Virus record (IMG/VR): IMGVR_UViG_3300025128_000028
Length of the DNA: 64,000 nt
Reading direction: 5' to 3' (one strand)
Origin: an uncultured virus (IMG/VR IMGVR_UViG_3300025128_000028)
Taxonomy: Duplodnaviria > Heunggongvirae > Uroviricota > Caudoviricetes
Both the position numbers and the translations under genes were made by a program. Within the stretch, counting starts at the first letter, position 1. The number at the start of each line of letters is the position of its first letter. Positions 1 through 8,162 of the stretch are shown here, one piece after another. The notes beneath the pieces are model-generated. The model searched no databases. It was not told the origin of the DNA and was given only the letters and a program-made list of their open reading frames with translations.

Positions 1-100
1 AAAGCTCAATTTTTAACCTAAGCTAATAATTTTAGCCTAAGCTAACAATTTTAGCGTTTTTTGAAAAAAATTGGGCGATCATTCACTTATAATCGTTTTT
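1..100 (+). repeat. Terminal direct repeat, left copy (circular overlap or DTR)
   Basis: Identical to 63901-64000 except A29 vs G63929. Confidence 0.95.
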
Positions 101-569
101 CTGTAGAATTTTCTGTATTAGGCACAATATATATTATATATACAAAGCCGATCAATATAGGCACGAATACGGCATTGTCATTCTCAAATCTTAGAATGAG
201 TAATAGGCGTATATAGGCGTGAATATGGCAACGGCTATATAAAGGCAAAAAAAAATAATATATTATATATGATCGCTATAATATGCGATCACTAGGCACG
301 AAATATACAACATAGTATATATACTTATGGGTATATAAGGCTTATTCTCAAATTTTAGAATGACGCAAATTTCCACGCCCGCAAGGTTTATATTGAGCTC
401 ATTCAGATCTGCATATCTAAAAAACAAAAATATGAAAAAATGATTTATATATATCTATAAAATTTTAGAATTTTTCTAGTAAAATGATTTATATATGTAT
501 ATGTGGCGATCAGGGGGAATATTAGTTTTCAACACCTTATTTAAATGTAATAACGATTTTCAACAATGT

Positions 570-752
570 ATGAAAACAGATGGATTAGAACGGGAAGTTA
601 TTGCCTTAACGGAGGCTATTTTCGATCATTGTCAAGACGTATATTCCTATGACAAGTGTATGAGGTGTAGGCTTATTACACTAATGGTTATGAACGTTTT
701 TGAACCACCACACGCTAGGGAAGATGGGGAAGGTCAAACCTATGAAGCCTGA
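570..752 (+). CDS. Small hypothetical protein (HC...CxxC)
   Basis: ORF 495..752; ATG570 lies about 30 nt after a TATA-like ATTTAAAT. Confidence 0.5.
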   Translation: MKTDGLEREVIALTEAIFDHCQDVYSYDKCMRCRLITLMVMNVFEPPHAREDGEGQTYEA

Positions 753-849
753 AGATACAATTAGATGTAGAAACTGTTTAAAAGAAAATGTTATAATTAT
801 AAAGGGTTGGTTTACCTGTAAAGACTGTAGATACGAATGGCAGGACTGA
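742..849 (+). CDS. 35-aa zinc-ribbon microprotein
   Basis: Hand translation MKPEDTIRCRNCLKENVIIIKGWFTCKDCRYEWQD; GGGGA SD upstream. Confidence 0.65.
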   Translation: MKPEDTIRCRNCLKENVIIIKGWFTCKDCRYEWQD

Positions 850-1076
850 AAGGTTGGGGAAAGAAAGACATGGACGTTAAAGACATTGTTAATAACATAC
901 TAGAAGAACGTCAAGACAATATATATACTAACAAAGACATTGATGACAATAGTGAGTATTATGGCGAAGATTGTGATAGATGTGGTGAGCCAATGCGTAA
1001 AATGACCGCCTGTCATCTAATATGTGAGAACTGTGGTTCACACCTAGACTGTTCTGATAAAGGTTCAGTATGGTAG
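837..1076 (+). CDS. Zinc-finger protein (CxxCGxPM...CxxCG...DCSD)
   Basis: CDRCGEPM and CENCGSHLDCSD motifs; true start may be ATG870. Confidence 0.7.
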   Translation: MAGLKGWGKKDMDVKDIVNNILEERQDNIYTNKDIDDNSEYYGEDCDRCGEPMRKMTACHLICENCGSHLDCSDKGSVW

Positions 1077-1103
1077 GTTATTTACAATAATCCCCCCGAT
1101 ATT

Positions 1104-1391
1104 TCAAAGTTCTAATCCGAATGATTTAGCAAGATCATTATATTTCTTATATTCATCAAGTAGGACTCTACCACGTTCAGTTATTATATAGGTATCCTTT
1201 CCCTCAACTACTATCTCATTTATAATTCCCGCACTACTAAGATTTTTAAGCAGTTTCTTTGTTCGTGAGTATGGCATATTTGCTTTACTGCAAAGTTGTG
1301 TTATCCCCATGCCATTACGGTCATATTCTAGTTCAATGAGTAAATCCCCCATAATTTGAGTAGCGTTTCTATATTTCATTATATCCCTCAA
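1104..1391 (-). CDS. Archaeal winged-HTH transcription regulator
   Basis: YRNATQIMGDLL...ITQLCSKANMPYSRTKKLLKNL...YIITERG pattern typical of archaeal HTH_45-type regulators. Confidence 0.85.
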   Translation of the reverse strand: MRDIMKYRNATQIMGDLLIELEYDRNGMGITQLCSKANMPYSRTKKLLKNLSSAGIINEIVVEGKDTYIITERGRVLLDEYKKYNDLAKSFGLEL

Positions 1392-1587
1392 GTCTTAAAA
1401 TAATATATTTCTTTTTATTATCATTACATCTTGGTCTTGTTGCTAGTTTGCCATTACAACATGGACATCTTTTATATGTGTTTATCAACCACATATCACA
1501 AGTTCTACACCTTGAGTGTGTGAGGAACGGTAACATCTTTGGTCGATTACAAACATATTTTTCACAACAACCTTTACATCTAATCAA
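1369..1587 (-). CDS. Cys-rich zinc-binding protein
   Basis: CKGCC, RCRTC and RCPCCNGKLATRPR motifs. Confidence 0.7.
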   Translation of the reverse strand: MIRCKGCCEKYVCNRPKMLPFLTHSRCRTCDMWLINTYKRCPCCNGKLATRPRCNDNKKKYIILRLEGYNEI

Positions 1588-1829
1588 ATCTTATGCCTCA
1601 CCTTTGATATTATTGCCAATGTTATCCCTATTATTGGAATCATTTCTAGTGTGTCTATTCCGTATAACAGGAAATCTATTATAATTCCATGACCATGAAG
1701 GTATCCCTGACCGAATATACATTCCAAAGCCCACCATGAATGAGGTATCTGAAGGTATAGTACAACTGCCGAAATAGCTAAACTCTTTGCCATGTGTCGT
1801 TCATACCAATCGAAAAAACTTTTAAACAT
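1584..1829 (-). CDS. Small membrane protein
   Basis: Two hydrophobic segments; leaderless start after TATA. Confidence 0.7.
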   Translation of the reverse strand: MFKSFFDWYERHMAKSLAISAVVLYLQIPHSWWALECIFGQGYLHGHGIIIDFLLYGIDTLEMIPIIGITLAIISKVRHKI

Positions 1830-1879
1830 ACCAACCGAAATAATACATCATGTATAAATGTACCGAAAAATAGTCTTCC

Positions 1880-1972
1880 CTAATTCAGATGATCAGGCTT
1901 TTTATTACAAAATGGACAACCTTCTTGGTCAGTAAGAAATATAATTTTACATTTTCTACAATAACTAGTCAT
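1880..1972 (-). CDS. 30-aa zinc-ribbon microprotein
   Basis: MTSYCRKCKIIFLTDQEGCPFCNKKPDHLN; overlaps end of upstream gene. Confidence 0.55.
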   Translation of the reverse strand: MTSYCRKCKIIFLTDQEGCPFCNKKPDHLN

Positions 1973-2213
1973 CTTCAGGCTCTACCCATACCCATTTACC
2001 CCTATTATTCAACTTTATAGGTCGTTTAGGCTTTTTCTTATTAACGATTTGATTTAGGAACATCAGTTGATTAGCCAACATATATGTAAGTTTGGTCTTT
2101 TCGCTACCCTTTGCGTTCTTTAGTCTTTCCTCTATTTCCGAAATGAGTTGCCTTTGTGATTTTTCGTCAAGTAGGATAAAATTTTCCTTTTTGAACCAAT
2201 CCATTATTCCCAA
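1965..2213 (-). CDS. Hypothetical protein
   Basis: ORF coupled to neighbours in a minus-strand operon. Confidence 0.65.
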   Translation of the reverse strand: MGIMDWFKKENFILLDEKSQRQLISEIEERLKNAKGSEKTKLTYMLANQLMFLNQIVNKKKPKRPIKLNNRGKWVWVEPEDD

Positions 2214-2743
2214 TTAAAAATATCCACTCCATTTTTCTCGAACTTTACGACATAGTATCGTCCATACCATTTTTTAATCTCAATTACCTTGATACCACTT
2301 ATTGACCACCCCTTTTCCTTCCATTCCCTAAGTCGTTTCACGGTGAGGCTACTCCATAATTTATGATTTATCAGGTAAAAAAATCCCTTATTGCAGATTT
2401 CCATAGTTTTATTTATAATAGGTATGAAGGCATTAACTGGCTCACCATTCTCAAGTACACGGAAAGGCGGATTACTGATAGCCCAATCTACAGTTGGCTT
2501 AAAATTGAAAAAATCAATCCCATCATCTATCTCACAGTAGAATTTCTTATTAGGAATTTTGTCGAAAAATACGCCATTACCTTTAAATGGCTCTAAAACA
2601 ACGTCATTACTATCTATTTGTGGAAGTATCCAATCCAAAATTTTTTGAGCAGATTCATCAGGCGTAAACATTAATTCCTTATTCGTATCCATGATGGTAA
2701 AGTCTTTGTGTATTCCTTTATTACTTGAAATAATTAATCCCAA
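2204..2743 (-). CDS. DNA N6-adenine methyltransferase
   Basis: FTP, VLEPFKGNG SAM-binding motif and NPPF catalytic motif. Confidence 0.85.
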   Translation of the reverse strand: MGLIISSNKGIHKDFTIMDTNKELMFTPDESAQKILDWILPQIDSNDVVLEPFKGNGVFFDKIPNKKFYCEIDDGIDFFNFKPTVDWAISNPPFRVLENGEPVNAFIPIINKTMEICNKGFFYLINHKLWSSLTVKRLREWKEKGWSISGIKVIEIKKWYGRYYVVKFEKNGVDIFNWE

Positions 2744-2947
2744 CGTCCTTCCCCCTTCTTTTTACTTTTACGAACTGATATATAATATCCTATGGTTATC
2801 CCACCGAAAAAATACGCCATACAAATAAGGGTAAATCCCAAATCACCTAACACTAGTCATCAACACCTCGCCACAATTCCCAAGCCAAAACTCCGCTGGC
2901 AACCCAAAATCCAATCCAAAATATGACCATCGATATTAACATACAAT

Positions 2948-3292
2948 TTAGATCTTTTTCTTCCATTTAAGTTTCATTAATAATTTATAATCCTCAAAAC
3001 TGATCATTCTATGTTTATATTTGTGCATGGCTATGAACATACAGGAATTACTACAATATTTATTTGCATTTTTTCTTTCACCAACTTCAAGTATAGGTCT
3101 TGTGCATACCTTACATTCCCTAGTTAGTGTTTCAGGATTCTTTGCTCTATACCATTTTTTCCAATATCCTGTTTTTCTTCTGTATTCGTCAATACATCTT
3201 CTATTACACCATTTTTTATCAGGTCTATAATATCCCAAATCCATTGACTGATTACAGTTCAAACACTTACTCATAGGTTTTTTTAATTTCAA
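2948..3292 (-). CDS. Treble-clef zinc-finger protein, paralog of 46488..46823
   Basis: CxxC...KWCNRRC and VGERKNANKYCSNSCM motifs. Confidence 0.75.
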   Translation of the reverse strand: MKLKKPMSKCLNCNQSMDLGYYRPDKKWCNRRCIDEYRRKTGYWKKWYRAKNPETLTRECKVCTRPILEVGERKNANKYCSNSCMFIAMHKYKHRMISFEDYKLLMKLKWKKKI

Positions 3293-3332
3293 TAAAAAAA
3301 GAAAGGGTGAAGCTAAATATAAATCTAACTAT

Positions 3333-3443
3333 TTAGCCTGATGGACAAGCACTCCATGAGCAACTTAAACAAGTATGACATCCGCCTGAATTTACAACCA
3401 TTCCACCGTCTTTGCATTGTGGACATTTGTTTATATCTGACAT
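3333..3443 (-). CDS. 36-aa Cys-rich microprotein resembling a class II RNR C-terminal zinc ribbon
   Basis: MSDINKCPQCKDGGMVVNSGGCHTCLSCSWSACPSG; TATA about 30 nt upstream. Confidence 0.7.
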   Translation of the reverse strand: MSDINKCPQCKDGGMVVNSGGCHTCLSCSWSACPSG

Positions 3444-3491
3444 AATAAGGAAGTTAGTGAGCCTATAATATATACTTAATGTTCAGAAGAA

Positions 3492-4250
3492 TTATAATCC
3501 CAAGACATCAACCATTATTCTCATCTGATTGATTGCAACAGCGTACCATGTTTCTGCCAAGTCCTTCCAATAGTCCCTATCTTCCTTCAATGTTTGAATC
3601 TCGGCTTTCATTTGTAGGACTTCAGATGAAGAAGTCCCATTCATATTTTGGACTTGAGATTTTAATTGGGCTACTTCTTCAAGTGCATTTGACAGGTTTG
3701 TGGATAGTTCTACCATGTGTTGAGAAGCTTGGAATAACTCGGCTTTAAGATCGTCATTTGAATAATTAACCCCATTAAACAAATTGTTATATGGATTATC
3801 TATTTGTGGTGTGGTTGTGTTTCCACTTGATACTGAAACATATACATTTTCATTGGTCATTGGTGGTGGTGAAACTACGACAGGTGGTGGTGGTGGAGGA
3901 ATATATATTGCTTCTATTGTTAGAACACTATTTTCCCCACTTGATAAATCTGTAAAATAATATTCACCGGGAATGAAACAGGCGTTGCCACAATTCTGTG
4001 TTGGTAGTTGGATTGTTATTGAATCATTTGGTGCAAGTAATACTTGATCAAACCAACCCCAAGCTACAAAATCATATCTTGAATCATCCTCGTTGTGAAT
4101 TGTAATACTGCCATTTTCTAAGACAGTTGCAGTAAATGGGTGTTCATATATATCAATGTGTAGTGGTGCTTCAGCAAATGCCATGCCGATAATTACACTA
4201 AAAAACAAAACCACTAGTGTCATCAATATTGATACCAATATTATTTTCAT
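3492..4250 (-). CDS. Exported protein: cupredoxin-like domain, Pro-rich linker, coiled coil
   Basis: Hydrophobic leader ending AFA; ITIHNED...FDQVLLAPNDS...PGEYYF; PPPPPP linker. Confidence 0.6.
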   Translation of the reverse strand: MKIILVSILMTLVVLFFSVIIGMAFAEAPLHIDIYEHPFTATVLENGSITIHNEDDSRYDFVAWGWFDQVLLAPNDSITIQLPTQNCGNACFIPGEYYFTDLSSGENSVLTIEAIYIPPPPPPVVVSPPPMTNENVYVSVSSGNTTTPQIDNPYNNLFNGVNYSNDDLKAELFQASQHMVELSTNLSNALEEVAQLKSQVQNMNGTSSSEVLQMKAEIQTLKEDRDYWKDLAETWYAVAINQMRIMVDVLGL

Positions 4251-4303
4251 GCTTTACACAAATGTATTTCTAATATAAACGTATCTAAAAAAGTTGGAAG
4301 GGA

Positions 4304-4402
4304 CTAGTCATAGCAATCGACTATTCCACAGGTAGTACATGGTTTGCATTGGTCAAGTAGAACTGTATCACAACAGATACATCTACTAATCTGCATAGAC
4401 AT
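4304..4402 (-). CDS. 32-aa Cys-rich microprotein
   Basis: MSMQISRCICCDTVLLDQCKPCTTCGIVDCYD; TATA upstream. Confidence 0.5.
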   Translation of the reverse strand: MSMQISRCICCDTVLLDQCKPCTTCGIVDCYD

Positions 4403-4447
4403 AACATTTATATAGTTTCATTATATATAAACTTTTGTATATAAACA

Positions 4448-4542
4448 CTCTAGGTATGTTTCAACCTAGAGGTTAACGTGGTTGAAAGATGTTTAATCTT
4501 CCGACTTCACGCATGAAACCGCCTGACTCTCTAAAGGTTTCA
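4448..4542. ncRNA. Candidate structured RNA with three stem-loops
   Basis: CTCTAGGT/ACCTAGAG, CGTG-GTTGAAAGAT/ATCTTCCGAC-CACG and TGAAACC/GGTTTCA stems in intergenic DNA flanked by TATA-like boxes. Confidence 0.45.
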
Positions 4543-4572
4543 CTCTTGATTGATAAGTTATTGAATATAAAG

Positions 4573-4764
4573 TTAGTCTTCCTTTTCTAGTTCTTTCTGA
4601 TCTTCTTCTACTTCTGCCATCCATTCTAATTCTGACTTGTGCATGACTTCTAGTTTTTTTCTTAGATCAATATCTGCTTCTTTCATTTTCTTATCCCCAA
4701 AGTAAGCGGACATTATACTAAGCATACGTGCAAGATCCTTTGCTGTCATATCTACGTAGGACAT
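4573..4764 (-). CDS. Hypothetical protein
   Basis: ORF with TATA about 30 nt upstream. Confidence 0.65.
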   Translation of the reverse strand: MSYVDMTAKDLARMLSIMSAYFGDKKMKEADIDLRKKLEVMHKSELEWMAEVEEDQKELEKED

Positions 4765-4800
4765 ACTTAAATTATAAAAAAGTAGTATTTAAAGAATATT

Positions 4801-5088
4801 TTAGATAGAAAACTTAAATGTTTTGCCTTTCTTTTTTGTTTTCTTTTTTACTTCTTTAATTTCATCTTCGATAGGTGGGTAGCCTGTATCTGATCCTTCT
4901 TCTTTTATATCTTCGATCTTTGTAATTACTTCTTCTTCTTCAGTCCATGTGCCATTAAATTCAGCAATTACTTGATTAAGACTTCCATCAGCGATCAAAT
5001 GTATTGCCCTATTATCTAAACTGATTTTAGGAACGATTCTTAGTAATCTCGCTAGACCTTGTTCTAAAGTCAAATCTGCCATATACAT
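4801..5088 (-). CDS. Hypothetical protein
   Basis: ORF with acidic then basic C-terminus. Confidence 0.65.
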   Translation of the reverse strand: MYMADLTLEQGLARLLRIVPKISLDNRAIHLIADGSLNQVIAEFNGTWTEEEEVITKIEDIKEEGSDTGYPPIEDEIKEVKKKTKKKGKTFKFSI

Positions 5089-5102
5089 TGATTTATATAC
5101 TA

Positions 5103-5261
5103 CTATTTAACCTTTTTTGTCCCCACACAATTCCAACCTAACCCACATTTTTCACAAAGTAAAACTACGTCTATAAAATATACTTCAGGATATGAGTCAT
5201 CTTGCCTTTCACTTGATTCTTCTTGAATAGATTCAGAACCACAAGATGGGCAATATTTCAT
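5103..5261 (-). CDS. 52-aa zinc-ribbon protein
   Basis: MKYCPSCGSESI...LLCEKCGLGW by hand translation. Confidence 0.65.
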   Translation of the reverse strand: MKYCPSCGSESIQEESSERQDDSYPEVYFIDVVLLCEKCGLGWNCVGTKKVK

Positions 5262-5304
5262 GTAGTATAAAAATGTATATATAATATAAGCCTTTCTAAT
5301 TTTT

Positions 5305-6090
5305 ATGATACTTAAAATATTGATACCTTTACTAATATTGACAAGTGGGTTAAATTTTGCTTATGCAGAAGATTGGATAGAAACCCTAAGATTTGTTCAC
5401 AAAGACAATCCAACAGTTTGTATATTTGAGCCTCACCCAATAATCCAAGAAAGATTTCATAAAGATGTTTTCCGAGCAACAGTTGATTCTGTTTTAATTT
5501 GGGGAAATGAAATGACACAATACACAGGGGGTGATTGGTATATGGATATAAAATATTATGAATATAAACATCATGTAGATAAAGTACCAACTGACTTCCC
5601 TGAATGTCAGATATTGTCAGTCTATGATCAAATAAATAAAGGTGATAAAAATGTAAAAGAAACTGCTTTAGGATTTACAACTTTTGATTTTTCAAGATCA
5701 ACACATCAATATAGTATGATATTAACTTATTTACAATCCTATGAAAGCCGTCCTAATATTGCTATATGTATTGGTGAGTGTCCACAACAACCTAAGCCAA
5801 CAGTTTCTATAGAACAAGTGCCAAGAGATCTTTCGACTAATGTAGTTCAAAAAATAATTATGCACGAATTTGGTCATGCCCTATCAATCGGACATTACGT
5901 AGAAGATAGAGATAGACTTAATAATGAGCATAGCATGATGTATCCTAGTATGAAACCATTTTCAGAAAACAGTTTAGAGATTGGACAGGTTGATAAAGAG
6001 ATGTTGAAAAAAATATATGGTGCAGATGGATTTGGTGGAATTGATGGGTTTAGTCCTTACATATATAGAATATCGGAGTTAATACGTTGA
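5305..6090 (+). CDS. Secreted matrixin-like (metzincin) metalloprotease
   Basis: Signal peptide ending AYA; HEFGHALSIGH zinc motif; SMMYP Met-turn. Confidence 0.85.
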   Translation: MILKILIPLLILTSGLNFAYAEDWIETLRFVHKDNPTVCIFEPHPIIQERFHKDVFRATVDSVLIWGNEMTQYTGGDWYMDIKYYEYKHHVDKVPTDFPECQILSVYDQINKGDKNVKETALGFTTFDFSRSTHQYSMILTYLQSYESRPNIAICIGECPQQPKPTVSIEQVPRDLSTNVVQKIIMHEFGHALSIGHYVEDRDRLNNEHSMMYPSMKPFSENSLEIGQVDKEMLKKIYGADGFGGIDGFSPYIYRISELIR

Positions 6091-6638
6091 AAGTAAAATA
6101 CTACACAAAAAAAATTGACAAGATACTTTATGGTCAAGTTATATGGAAATTTGTTGCAGAAAATATTGCCGACTGTTCACACAAACTAAAAGGTTGGACA
6201 ATTAAAATATATCCAGTAGAAATGTTTGATGATATATACCCAAGTGGTACGGAGCATTTAGAAACACTTGGCGGTGTGATGGATATGAAAATACCTCATG
6301 GTGTAACAGGAAAAGATACGGTTGAATGTTTTATTGATGACACTAAAGATTATGGTCTTTCAGTATTGCAGAATTGTTCTGTAATCACCCATGAATTATC
6401 CCACATGATTATGATGATACGATTCCAAAATAATCCACATCTTGATAAACGTGGTACACTTAGAAATGATGATAAGGGGGGAAACAAGGCTGGTCAGTCA
6501 TTAAACAAATGGACACAAGAAGTACATGATAGAGAATTAGAATCAAATTTAAAGAATCTAAAAGTTTATAGAAGAATAGGAATTAGGTGGTATCCATATA
6601 CTGTTAGGGTTTTAAACCTAGAGGGATTCCCATACTAA
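6087..6638 (+). CDS. Putative zincin metallopeptidase
   Basis: ITHELSH HExxH motif; overlaps upstream gene. Confidence 0.6.
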   Translation: MKVKYYTKKIDKILYGQVIWKFVAENIADCSHKLKGWTIKIYPVEMFDDIYPSGTEHLETLGGVMDMKIPHGVTGKDTVECFIDDTKDYGLSVLQNCSVITHELSHMIMMIRFQNNPHLDKRGTLRNDDKGGNKAGQSLNKWTQEVHDRELESNLKNLKVYRRIGIRWYPYTVRVLNLEGFPY

Positions 6639-6841
6639 CATTTATATAGTGATACAAGTTTTATAAAAATATGTCTAAAAAATCTGATCCACATGAAGAC
6701 CAATGGAAGAAATTATTTGACTTATATAATTCAAAACATGAATCAACAAATGAGGATTTTTATAAACGTAGAGCCGAAGCCTGTAAACGCCTATTAGATA
6801 ACTACTGCTAAATTTAAATAGATCGCAAACCACTTTGTATT

Positions 6842-7120
6842 ATGATCTCAAATGACGAATTTTATAGAGCTATGGAACAGAAGTTTTCCAATGTATTTAG
6901 TAGAATGGATCATTTACATAAGGAAACAATGGAAGACATAGATTCAATTCGTGAAGAAGTTAATGATTTAAAGGCTTCTTACGACTCCCATATTGCAGTA
7001 TCTTCCGCTTTAAAGGAATTAAAAAATACAGGTGTAATTTCACAAAAACAAAAGATTTTAATGGTTTTTGGTGCTATTCCAATTCTTCTTGCGGTTTATT
7101 CTTTATTTTTTGCGGTGTAA
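6842..7120 (+). CDS. Coiled-coil protein with C-terminal TM helix (holin-like architecture)
   Basis: Heptad helix then ILMVFGAIPILLAVYSLFFAV. Confidence 0.55.
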   Translation: MISNDEFYRAMEQKFSNVFSRMDHLHKETMEDIDSIREEVNDLKASYDSHIAVSSALKELKNTGVISQKQKILMVFGAIPILLAVYSLFFAV

Positions 7121-7415
7121 TTTCATCATCAGCAAGAATCCACCCACGCATAACCCAAAAAAGTTTCTCTACAAACCATTCTTCCTGCTCATTATTGGCA
7201 ATTAGAGTCATACCACACATATCCATACATTGATGAAGTGATTCTTCTATTGAAGTGTCAATTATATCACGTTCACTAAGATGACTATGAAGTGTAACCC
7301 ATGTTTGTTTAGATTCTGTATAACATACACCCTTTTCATCACAATCTTCCATGTTTATTAGCCTCATATTTTGAGGTTTCCAAGCACGATCATCATCACT
7401 ATCGATATTTAGCAT
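7074..7415 (-). CDS. Zincin-like protein with degenerate motif
   Basis: GVCY...TSIEESLH...EEWFV resembles small HExxH peptidases with the first His replaced by Glu. Confidence 0.45.
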   Translation of the reverse strand: MLNIDSDDDRAWKPQNMRLINMEDCDEKGVCYTESKQTWVTLHSHLSERDIIDTSIEESLHQCMDMCGMTLIANNEQEEWFVEKLFWVMRGWILADDEITPQKIKNKPQEELE

Positions 7416-7450
7416 ATTATTTTTAATGCTATCACCCTTTTAAATTTTAT

Positions 7451-7604
7451 ACTATGATCATGATCATACTACACTTAAATACTATAGGCGTAAAACTATG
7501 ATCATATAGTCATACTAAGTATGATCATATACTCATATATGTACCTACGGGAACTTTTTAGTATATAAAGCTATGATCATGATCATGATCATACTAACAC
7601 TTAA
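7451..7604. repeat. ATGATC hexamer cluster (7 GATC sites) in divergent intergenic region
   Basis: GATC at 7456, 7462, 7500, 7523, 7575, 7581, 7587, all within ATGATCAT. Confidence 0.9.
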
Positions 7605-7628
7605 TTAGTAGGGTAGTTTGTATCTGTT

Positions 7629-7973
7629 ATGGTAGTAATTAATCCAGCGATCAAGAAACAACTGAAAGATTTACAAAAAATCCCATACGGTAGAGTTAAG
7701 AACGAACCTGCGATAATCGTTGATTTGCCCATTGGTCAGTTAAAAACACATGATTTGGCGAGGGCGTTATTTATTACATCTTCCGCATTTGCCGATATTC
7801 AGCATAGACAAAGAATTATCATTGATGTGATACATACTGCTCAAGAAGAAATACAAAAAGTTCTAGAAAATAAATCTTTGAAAAAAGACGAAATTATATC
7901 ACAAATTAAGAAGATTGTTCTTGATCCTGTTGAGAAGATTGATGATTTACGTTCTTCAAAGTCTTCTGCTTAG
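7629..7973 (+). CDS. Hypothetical protein
   Basis: 114-aa ORF with TATA upstream. Confidence 0.65.
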   Translation: MVVINPAIKKQLKDLQKIPYGRVKNEPAIIVDLPIGQLKTHDLARALFITSSAFADIQHRQRIIIDVIHTAQEEIQKVLENKSLKKDEIISQIKKIVLDPVEKIDDLRSSKSSA

Positions 7974-8130
7974 GGCTATAAGGAATTTCAACACCTTTTC
8001 TTGCAATATAGAAACGTCCTTTAAAATTGGGTTTCCCCCAATATTGACCTATTGCAAAATTATAATCACAATCAAACTGTTCTACTACTTCATCATTTTC
8101 ATTTATCGTATAAACTGTAGCGGTTGCCAT
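7906..8130 (-). CDS. Hypothetical protein
   Basis: 74-aa ORF divergent from radA. Confidence 0.55.
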   Translation of the reverse strand: MATATVYTINENDEVVEQFDCDYNFAIGQYWGKPNFKGRFYIARKGVEIPYSPKQKTLKNVNHQSSQQDQEQSS

Positions 8131-8162
8131 ACAGTTATATAGACCATGTTATATATAATGTT

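Noticed and set aside
7451..7604. Possible mini-CRISPR array
   Set aside because: Units are hexamer tandems without regular repeat-spacer lengths, and no cas operon is present
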